A stretch of DNA of 64,000 bases from positions 1-64,000 of IMG/VR virus record IMGVR_UViG_2974651877_000001; one strand, given 5' to 3'. Under the pieces are notes generated by a model. It was not told the DNA's origin, ran no database searches, and saw only the letters and a program-made list of their open reading frames with translations. Position numbers and translations under genes: made by a program. The DNA is from a virus. Taxonomy: Duplodnaviria > Caudoviricetes. Positions within the stretch are counted from its first letter, which is position 1. Each line of letters begins with the position of its first letter. Positions 56,885-64,000 of the stretch are shown here, piece after piece.

Positions 56885-58009
56885 ATGAATTATATGTCAC
56901 TAGACCTACAGATGGGGCCGCAGCAGGAGAGTAAGCTAGATACGCTTATTAGAACCTCTGCCAACATACTACAGGCTAAGCAGCCCCCAAAGGTTCCTTT
57001 AATACCTGTGTCTGAAAGACACCTACTAAACGCATATACACAAACTCTAAGAATAGAGGGTAACGTAAGTTCTTGGGCGGAGTATGTTGCTCAAGCCCCT
57101 GAACGTTTAGGTTCTAAATTCCCAGAACGAGTTAGGTTCTGGGCTAGTAAGAAAAGTAATATGCCAGCTTGTCCTTTCCTACTAGGACAGGAAGTGGTTT
57201 TACCGCTTTACTTCGACTCTATGAATACTATGACTGTGTTCTGTGTGTCAACCTTAAGCTACGGAGAGATGCATCAAGGAGTAAGTTTTGATAGGCTTAT
57301 CCCGTTATTTGATAGGCTCTTCTACTCTAGAGTCCTTAATAAGGTAGAAGTACCTCCAGTAGAAAGAAGCAACATTAGAAAAGCTGTATCCACACTGATG
57401 GACTCTATCAGTGATTGGGACAAGGTTCGTAAAGACGTAATACGCACTCTATCTTTAGAGCCGACTCCAGAAAATATCTGGGACACCCCTGATATATTCG
57501 TAAACAGCAACACTCACACTTTCAAAAATGTAACAGTTAAAGATAAACAGGACAATAAAATGAGCAAGACAAAACGAATCGCAGAAAACATGGTAGAGAG
57601 CAACAAATCAGCAGCAAAAGATATTGCATTTTTGAACGCAGGTCGTACAGCCAATATGGTTATCAAAGCCGCAATGACTCCTCTGCTAAAAGCGGTGCTT
57701 AAACCAACTTTCATGCAGCGAGCCATGATGAAGCTAACAGGCACTACTGACCCAGTGGAACGCTTTATGGAATCCCCAGTGTCTGACCTACTAGCTGCGG
57801 AAGGCTTTAAATTAGCCCTAGAGCTTAAAGGCGTTAAAGACGAAAAACTACAAGAAACCGCAGATAAAGCTATCGTGTACGCAGGTATGAAGGTCACAGA
57901 GAACATTCCTCTAGAAGACCTATTAGATGATGCTATCGAAAAAGTAGCGGAAGCGGTTTCTGGTAGCAATATGCTGGATAAACTAGCAGAGAAAACTCGT
58001 AGGTACTAA
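56885..58009 (+). CDS. Hypothetical protein (two compositionally distinct halves)
   Basis: 374 aa; own promoter at 56830-56858. Confidence 0.7.
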   Translation: MNYMSLDLQMGPQQESKLDTLIRTSANILQAKQPPKVPLIPVSERHLLNAYTQTLRIEGNVSSWAEYVAQAPERLGSKFPERVRFWASKKSNMPACPFLLGQEVVLPLYFDSMNTMTVFCVSTLSYGEMHQGVSFDRLIPLFDRLFYSRVLNKVEVPPVERSNIRKAVSTLMDSISDWDKVRKDVIRTLSLEPTPENIWDTPDIFVNSNTHTFKNVTVKDKQDNKMSKTKRIAENMVESNKSAAKDIAFLNAGRTANMVIKAAMTPLLKAVLKPTFMQRAMMKLTGTTDPVERFMESPVSDLLAAEGFKLALELKGVKDEKLQETADKAIVYAGMKVTENIPLEDLLDDAIEKVAEAVSGSNMLDKLAEKTRRY

Positions 58010-58157
58010 GTATGGGAGCATTACTATATCTTATCGTGTGTGCCTTGGTAGGCTACGCGGCTACTAACTACAATAGGAGCCCCGTAGGCTGGTTCCTATT
58101 CTCTGCGGTCTTTAGTCCTATAGTAGGGATGTTACTCTTACTATTGGTGGGTAGGAA

Positions 58158-58370
58158 ATGAACCCTTTGGAACTAACACAAGCACAGCAAAAACTTCATG
58201 CAGTAGATAGTTGGGCTGACTGGATGGATAATTGGATTACCATCCAGTTAGACCCTATAAGCAACAAACCACTGCACTACTGCTTTCACCCAGACAACTA
58301 CTGTTTTCTGGTAACATCAGACCCTGAAGAGGCATGTAATGGATTTTCAAAATATCCGTACGACGGGTAG
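58158..58370 (+). CDS. Hypothetical protein
   Basis: 70 aa; AGGA RBS. Confidence 0.6.
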   Translation: MNPLELTQAQQKLHAVDSWADWMDNWITIQLDPISNKPLHYCFHPDNYCFLVTSDPEEACNGFSKYPYDG

Positions 58371-58776
58371 TGTATACGAAGCTATCCAAGGAGCTATTGA
58401 GCAGGCTCGTTATACAAAAGATAAAGAAGCTCTATCAGTGTTCCAGTACCTAGTCGGAGAAGTAAGCCGACAACGTACAGTGAATACTTCGGACAGCGCA
58501 GTTGTCCCTCTTGTACGAAAAGTACAGAAACGACTTGTAGAGTCGGTTGAGCAAGGAGCCACTCCTGAAATTCAATTGACTTACCTAAATAGCTTTATCG
58601 ACGCGTGGCTTCCTAAGCAAGCTACCGCAAAAGAGCTAGAGGCCATGGTGAATAAAGCCATTGAGCATCTAGGTGACAAAGCTAACATCGGTTCAGTAAT
58701 GAAGCTGTTAAAACAAACCAACGTACCATTCGATGCTCGATTCGCATCTACCCTAATTAAAGAAAAACTAGCATAA
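58339..58776 (+). CDS. GatB/YqeY-domain protein
   Basis: AR..KDKEAL, WLPKQ...EL and IGSVMKLLK pattern. Confidence 0.75.
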   Translation: MDFQNIRTTGSVYEAIQGAIEQARYTKDKEALSVFQYLVGEVSRQRTVNTSDSAVVPLVRKVQKRLVESVEQGATPEIQLTYLNSFIDAWLPKQATAKELEAMVNKAIEHLGDKANIGSVMKLLKQTNVPFDARFASTLIKEKLA

Positions 58777-58787
58777 GGAATACCACA

Positions 58788-59669
58788 TTGATTAAACGTA
58801 CACTAGCAAAAATCGCCGTAGTCGCTCTAATGGCTACATCACTAACAGGTTGTTTTCGTGGAGAGCGAGTAGAGATTCCTACTGCGTTCGTGGGTAAGGT
58901 TCAGACTGCGGCAGGTTTCGAGAAGGGAAAAGCGCGTAATCCCTCTAAGTTCCGACTTAGTCACTGTGGCCCGACCGAGGCGTGTGAGCGTCTAGTAATT
59001 CTAGATGTATCTGATAATCAGTACACTGAAGACTTTCTTACCTATATGCCGGTCGACCAGCTTAATATGGGCTACCGTATTACAATGACACTGGCTATCG
59101 ACCCAGAGGAGCAGGATGGTCTATTCCAGAACGTCCCATTCCGAGAAGTTTCTGGCTCCCTTGGTGTTATCGAGCAGGCACGAGTGTATAAGACATACGC
59201 ACAGCCTATCCTACAAACAAAAATCCCTGCTGTAGTCTCGCAACTCAGCATCGGTAAAGTATCTTCTAACCTAGATGCGGTTAACGCCGTACTTCTAAAA
59301 GAAGTAGGTACAATTATCAAGTCAGAGACGCCATTCCGACTGAAGCATATCGGTATGGTTAATCCTAAGTACCCTGACATCATTACACGAGCTAAAGAGC
59401 TAGCAAAAGAGCGTGAAGCTGCACTAGGCCAAGTTAAGGCTAAGAAAGAGCTAGAACTAGCAGAAATGGCTGCTGAGAAGGAGCTAGAAGCGGAGCGCCG
59501 AGCAGTACAGCTTATGAAAGCAAAAACTGACTCTATGATTGCAGATGCTGCCTCTGACCGTTATGTAGAGCTTAAACGCCTATCAGTGCTGGAGCGACTA
59601 GCAGACTCTGATAATAAAGCGTTTATCCCTGTGGAAATGTTCGACCAACTAATGATTAAAGGTGAATAA
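58788..59669 (+). CDS. SPFH/band-7-like lipoprotein
   Basis: LTGC lipobox, ERVEIP..VG, and YPDIIT followed by an EA-rich coiled coil. Confidence 0.7.
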   Translation: MIKRTLAKIAVVALMATSLTGCFRGERVEIPTAFVGKVQTAAGFEKGKARNPSKFRLSHCGPTEACERLVILDVSDNQYTEDFLTYMPVDQLNMGYRITMTLAIDPEEQDGLFQNVPFREVSGSLGVIEQARVYKTYAQPILQTKIPAVVSQLSIGKVSSNLDAVNAVLLKEVGTIIKSETPFRLKHIGMVNPKYPDIITRAKELAKEREAALGQVKAKKELELAEMAAEKELEAERRAVQLMKAKTDSMIADAASDRYVELKRLSVLERLADSDNKAFIPVEMFDQLMIKGE

Positions 59670-59671
59670 TC

Positions 59672-60052
59672 TTGGATTTACTAATTAACATCCTACTAGT
59701 AACGAAGCCCGTATTGGGGCTTCTACTACTGCTAGTACTGGTTCTTTGTGGTTGTAAATACTTTAAGGTAGATTTACCTTACGCAAAGATTCTTAAAGGT
59801 TCGGGTGTAGTGGCTTTACTGGCATCAATTGCCATGGTAGCCTTCTCCCCGATAACTCAACCTACTACACAAGTTTACGACAACACTAGAGACTTGCAGG
59901 CTATGGAAGCCAAGATAGACCGAATGGAAGCACCGTCCTTAGATAGCTTCACTTCTAAGGAAGCCACACTAACTCTAGAAAGTATTCAGAACGAACACTC
60001 TAACGCTTACGACGAGGCTTTAGAGGAAATAGAGAAGTTCGAAATTAACTAA
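59672..60052 (+). CDS. Membrane protein
   Basis: Two hydrophobic helices; follows the SPFH gene. Confidence 0.7.
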   Translation: MDLLINILLVTKPVLGLLLLLVLVLCGCKYFKVDLPYAKILKGSGVVALLASIAMVAFSPITQPTTQVYDNTRDLQAMEAKIDRMEAPSLDSFTSKEATLTLESIQNEHSNAYDEALEEIEKFEIN

Positions 60053-60055
60053 CCC

Positions 60056-60085
60056 AATCCCTGACAGCAATGTCAGGGATTTTTT
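60056..60085 (+). terminator. Intrinsic terminator
   Basis: aatccctgaca-gcaa-tgtcagggatt followed by a T tract. Confidence 0.8.
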
Positions 60086-60147
60086 CGTTTGCTAAACTCT
60101 CGAAATTTCGATATAATAGTTATATAAATTAGAGAGGAGACTATCTT

Positions 60148-60411
60148 ATGCGCCATAACGAAGAATGGATTGAGCTTGTGTTTGTTGACGGAGAAGTAGA
60201 CGTACACGAGCTAGCAACTGATGCTTGGGAGCAGTTTGAGCAAAACCGTAGTGAAGTAGCAGAGATTTGGTGGGTTAAGAAAGAGGGCGATGAACTTGAA
60301 ATCACAGCAGAACAACTGGAGCTTTGGGCAACGAATGAAGAAAGCGACGAAGATTATAGCGGTGATGATATGCGCCTTGACTACCTTCCAGACGTTGGCT
60401 TCGGAATCTAG
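60148..60411 (+). CDS. Acidic hypothetical protein
   Basis: Promoter at 60089-60117; GAGGAG RBS. Confidence 0.7.
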   Translation: MRHNEEWIELVFVDGEVDVHELATDAWEQFEQNRSEVAEIWWVKKEGDELEITAEQLELWATNEESDEDYSGDDMRLDYLPDVGFGI

Positions 60412-60679
60412 GTTTTCCAAAGTACCCAAAGCTAACACTACAGATTGCCACACGGTAACAACTAGGCAAGGACGAGATAATAATGGGTATACTTGGGTAG
60501 GGGACTTGTACAATGATAGATACACCCTTATCGTAGATTATCGAAACCCTGTCGATTTAAAATACAATAAAACTTATTTACTACACAACAAACAAGGTTC
60601 TCCTATCTTTACATTAGCAGCTAAGCGGCTCAGACATAAGATAGCGATAACCTACTGCCGATGGGATGCAAGCATATGA
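60335..60679 (+). CDS. Putative exported hypothetical protein
   Basis: MKKATKIIAVMICALTTFQTLAS signal-like start overlapping the previous gene. Confidence 0.5.
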   Translation: MKKATKIIAVMICALTTFQTLASESRFSKVPKANTTDCHTVTTRQGRDNNGYTWVGDLYNDRYTLIVDYRNPVDLKYNKTYLLHNKQGSPIFTLAAKRLRHKIAITYCRWDASI

Positions 60680-61470
60680 AAACATTCGAACACATAGACC
60701 TTAATGACCGAGAGCGTGTATTCTTCGTAGGCGACATTCACGGAGATTCTAAGCTGTTCGAACATGCGGTCAACTTCCTAGGCCTATCTGAGAAGGATTA
60801 CCTAGTATGTACAGGGGACTTAATCGACCGTGGAGAAGCTAGCGTAGACGTGCTAACTAGAGTGTTGATGTCCACAAATATGACCTCTGTACTAGGCAAC
60901 CATGACCACTTCATGGTTAAAGCGATGAATGACCGAAAGATGTCAAACTTCGCTTTATGGTACCAAAATGGTGGATACTGGGCGGAACAACACGACAGGG
61001 CATTCGTTCAAGGATTGGCTAACGCAGTCGAAGAACAGTTCCCCCTAGCACTAATCGTATGGTACAAGGATACTAAAGTACTGGTTACACACGCTGAAGT
61101 CCCTACTGGAGACTTAAAAGTTTTAGAGAGAAAACTGACTCCAATCACGGGTTCTGTAAAAAGCGATGAAGACTTAGCCCGACTGGTTGCCCAGCAGAAA
61201 CTGCGCGAAGAAATCATGTGGGGACGTAACAGAATCTACGAAGGAGAGCAGTTTGTATCGGGGGTGGACTTGACGATTCATGGACACACAGTAACACAGT
61301 GTGTAAGAGAAGACGAAGAACCTCTGCCCTTGCAATTAGGAAATCAGCATTGGATTGACACAGGGGCTTGCTTCACGGGAGGTAGGCTTACTATAGCTGA
61401 GCTTGTAAACGGAGAGTTGCAGTACACTCAATTTTGGTTTGATTCAGACAACGAACTTTGTATCGTATAA
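60676..61470 (+). CDS. Ser/Thr protein phosphatase (metallophosphoesterase)
   Basis: GDIHG, GDLIDRG, GNHD, NGG..W, HGHT and IDTGA motifs. Confidence 0.93.
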   Translation: MKTFEHIDLNDRERVFFVGDIHGDSKLFEHAVNFLGLSEKDYLVCTGDLIDRGEASVDVLTRVLMSTNMTSVLGNHDHFMVKAMNDRKMSNFALWYQNGGYWAEQHDRAFVQGLANAVEEQFPLALIVWYKDTKVLVTHAEVPTGDLKVLERKLTPITGSVKSDEDLARLVAQQKLREEIMWGRNRIYEGEQFVSGVDLTIHGHTVTQCVREDEEPLPLQLGNQHWIDTGACFTGGRLTIAELVNGELQYTQFWFDSDNELCIV

Positions 61471-61482
61471 TAAGGAGTCAAT

Positions 61483-61776
61483 TTGAAAATTAACATGACT
61501 ATTGAGACGGATAACATATCCGGATTAGTAATCTTAGATATGGACTCTGCGGAATGGGGCTCTAGACCAATCCGCAGAGAGGACTGGGAGGCTGTAGAGG
61601 CTATCAAAGCTGACGGTGAATACTTCAAGATTCCTGAAGGCACAGAGGAGTTCTCTGCAATCTTTACAGACGAAAATAAAATTTCGGAATACGAAGCTCT
61701 AGGTCTGGAACGTATGATGAAGATGTACATTTCAGGTGATGCTAAAGCAACAGTAACTTTGACGGGGAGAAAGTAA
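61483..61776 (+). CDS. Hypothetical protein
   Basis: AAGGAG RBS; 97 aa. Confidence 0.7.
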   Translation: MKINMTIETDNISGLVILDMDSAEWGSRPIRREDWEAVEAIKADGEYFKIPEGTEEFSAIFTDENKISEYEALGLERMMKMYISGDAKATVTLTGRK

Positions 61777-61924
61777 ATGTTCCGTAACCTATACCGCAAA
61801 TTTCTAAAGTGGCTTGACTACCATTTTGGTGGCTTTTGTCCTGCTAAGGCCGAAGCCGAAAACGAACAAAAAGATAAGATGTTCTCCCGCAAGGCAGAAA
61901 TCTTAAAGGAGCTAAAGAAGAACG

Positions 61925-62119
61925 ATGGCAAATAAGCACCTACTAACTGGAAACCTACCATTAGAAGTACGAAAACTAGTAATTAAAGACCCATCTCTCA
62001 TAGATGGGCAGCACCGAGAGCTACTAAAGAGCCTACTAGGGTTCCGCACCAACTCAGAATATGCTGGATGGCTCGCAACGTTACCTAAACCAAAGAAAGA
62101 GGAAAAGTCGGATGATTGA
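61925..62119 (+). CDS. Hypothetical protein
   Basis: 64 aa in a coupled operon. Confidence 0.6.
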   Translation: MANKHLLTGNLPLEVRKLVIKDPSLIDGQHRELLKSLLGFRTNSEYAGWLATLPKPKKEEKSDD

Positions 62120-62387
62120 TATCGCAGTCGCACGATGTAAGCACTGTGGCTCTGTCATTACTAGTCGTGCTAGTCATGATTTCAACTCTTGTCAGTGTGG
62201 ACAGCTATCTGTAGACGGCGGAGTCTTTGTAGAAGAAGAGAACCTACTTAACTTCACCCGTGTTATCGGCTCTTTTCAGCGTGAAGACCTCTCAGTAATC
62301 AAGGATTTCCCTGTAGAGTATCAAGACTTGTATGAGGACTGGAATAAAGGAATCAACGAGTACAAAGATTTACGCAAATACGCTTAG
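62112..62387 (+). CDS. Zinc-ribbon hypothetical protein
   Basis: CKHCG...HDFNSCQCG..SVDGG. Confidence 0.7.
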   Translation: MIDIAVARCKHCGSVITSRASHDFNSCQCGQLSVDGGVFVEEENLLNFTRVIGSFQREDLSVIKDFPVEYQDLYEDWNKGINEYKDLRKYA

Positions 62388-62449
62388 GGCAGCACGTAAC
62401 ACTAGGACTTACACAAACAATAGCCGGTGAGGCGCAGGAATTTTAACTT

Positions 62450-62694
62450 ATGCGAGAAAAAGTCAACATATATGATTTCACGACTGATGTGTTAGAGCAA
62501 GAGCTGTCAAACGTGCCCGAGAAAGGGAGAAAGGACTCTATATCCTAGAATTTAGTCAAGTGGAAAGCACGAAAACCGCTATAATTCACGAAGTGGCTCA
62601 CGTACTACTGTGGGCACTGGAAAACAAGTACAATCATGGTCATGGAGCCGACTACATGAGGATGTACGAATACTTGGAGAATAAATACCTATGA
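62450..62694 (+). pseudogene. HEXXH zinc-metallopeptidase-like gene, frameshifted near 62525
   Basis: IIHEVAHV...HGHGADY is in a different frame from the ATG at 62450. Confidence 0.5.
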
Positions 62695-62957
62695 TAACTA
62701 TTAAAGCAGGTGGCTCGGAGATAGATGTAATTAAAGACCTGACTACAGAAGTAGAGCAGAGCCTTTTACCTTTTGGTGTAACCCGAATTACTGCTCGAAA
62801 TCCTGCCTTTTCCACCTTTATGGTGGAGTATGGCAAGCTATTGGTCGATAAAGTTGCTTCTGGAGAATTTGATGCCCTAGCGCCAGAAGTAGCATCGTAT
62901 CACTATGTAAAGTACTGCCTAGCGGCCGGAATAACCATTGAGGTGACTCGTGGATAG
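62691..62957 (+). CDS. Hypothetical protein
   Basis: 88 aa; GGAG RBS. Confidence 0.65.
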   Translation: MITIKAGGSEIDVIKDLTTEVEQSLLPFGVTRITARNPAFSTFMVEYGKLLVDKVASGEFDALAPEVASYHYVKYCLAAGITIEVTRG

Positions 62958-63201
62958 GTGGATTAAGTGGAGAGATAAGAGCTACTTGATAGCTCAAATG
63001 TTCGATGCTTGGCGACCTATCCCTAGGCTGATGTGCGGGATGTACGGATACCTTATTTACCAAATCACTATGTGGTTTATAGGGCTTCCAGACCCTACAG
63101 GAGCTCAAGCAGCGTTTGTTTCTACTATGGTAGGGGCGGCAGCAGCATTTTTTGGTTTCTACGTCAATTCTAAGGCTAGAAAGCCTGACGACAAAGAATA
63201 A
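62950..63201 (+). CDS. Putative holin / small two-TM membrane protein
   Basis: DAWRPIPR, two TM helices and a charged C-terminus. Confidence 0.5.
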   Translation: MDRWIKWRDKSYLIAQMFDAWRPIPRLMCGMYGYLIYQITMWFIGLPDPTGAQAAFVSTMVGAAAAFFGFYVNSKARKPDDKE

Positions 63202-63312
63202 AGGTCTTTCGAGGTGAATTTAGAAAGTTTTTATTCGCCTCGTCGTCGATTTCCTTATATAATATAAATATAAAATCGAGAGACAAAAATTTTTAGTTTA
63301 CTAGGGGGGGAT

Positions 63313-64000
63313 ATGCCTATCACAAAGACTCATGGTTTCATTATCAGCCGACTTCAAGGCTTCCACAAAGGTCATAGGAGCTTAATCCTCAATGCCTTAA
63401 AATATAGTAACACACTAACAGTGCTTATAGGCTCTAGTAACAAAGCTGGTAGCCTAAAGAACCCGTTCACCTATAAAGAACGTGTGAAAATGGCAAAAAT
63501 GGGGTTGCCAGCAGACATTCCGGTAACTTTTGAGCTGCTACCTGATTTTGACTACAACGACGACCTATGGGAAGAGTACCTACACAACACCATTGGTATG
63601 CTTACTAAAGAAGGCCATACCCCTACCATCTTTACCTCTCAAAAAGGCGAAGATGACCTCCTAAGAAAAGAATGGGCTAGGGACATCGAAGTTATCTCGT
63701 TCCCTGTACACAAACAAATTAGCGCCACGGATGTTCGCAAAGCTTTACTAGCCTCCGACATGGATTACTTGAACGAGAACGTTCCTAACCCGTCTATTCT
63801 AGTTCCTCTTATGAAAGAGTGCTCTAAGCCTATGTACGAAAAACATATGGCTGTACTGCGTAACCAGTATGCTTGGAAAGACTCTCCGTATCCGGTTATC
63901 TCTAGCTGTACGGACGCAGTTATTCTAGACAGGGAGCGCCATGTACTCCTAGTAAAACGAGGTAAGCACCCAGGCAAAGGTCTGTGGGCACTACCTGGAG
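63313..64000 (+). CDS. Bifunctional NMN adenylyltransferase / Nudix hydrolase (NadM-Nudix), 3'-truncated
   Basis: Not in the ORF track. Translates as MPITKTHGFIISRLQGFHKGH...GSSN...KNPFTYKER...ISATDVR...LLVKRGKHPGKGLWALPG. Confidence 0.9.
   Translation, partial: MPITKTHGFIISRLQGFHKGHRSLILNALKYSNTLTVLIGSSNKAGSLKNPFTYKERVKMAKMGLPADIPVTFELLPDFDYNDDLWEEYLHNTIGMLTKEGHTPTIFTSQKGEDDLLRKEWARDIEVISFPVHKQISATDVRKALLASDMDYLNENVPNPSILVPLMKECSKPMYEKHMAVLRNQYAWKDSPYPVISSCTDAVILDRERHVLLVKRGKHPGKGLWALPG

Overview
A 64-kb segment of a lytic T5-like siphophage (family Demerecviridae). The gene set suggests a marine, probably Vibrio-infecting, relative of T5, but the host is an inference. From left to right: two + strand tail-fibre genes (1-7237) and a bidirectional terminator; the - strand T5 replication block in T5 order (dut, D15, D14, D13, D12, D11, D10, pol, primase, helicase, D5, split ligB/ligA, D3, D2, origin-binding helicase; 7278-28951); a ~700-bp non-coding region with a tandem structured repeat; + strand nucleotide metabolism genes (PIN-PhoH, nrdA, nrdB, DHFR, thyA, RNase H, a free-standing homing endonuclease, a DEDDh exonuclease); a ~12-kb RNA-gene cluster (40.3-52.6 kb); then dNMP kinase, spanin candidates, ClpP, endolysin, thioredoxin, YqeY, SPFH, a Ser/Thr phosphatase, a holin candidate and a truncated NadM-Nudix. 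The RNA cluster is the most unusual part. It holds 26 cloverleaf tRNAs covering 19 amino acids, two D-arm-less rewired Arg tRNA-like RNAs, a ~1.05-kb GOLLD-like giant structured RNA, several CCA-ended RNAs that are not tRNAs, and a family of RNAs closed by related long terminal stems. Several frameshifts or deletions, including in primase and helicase, suggest assembly errors. All calls come from manual reading and no searches were run.
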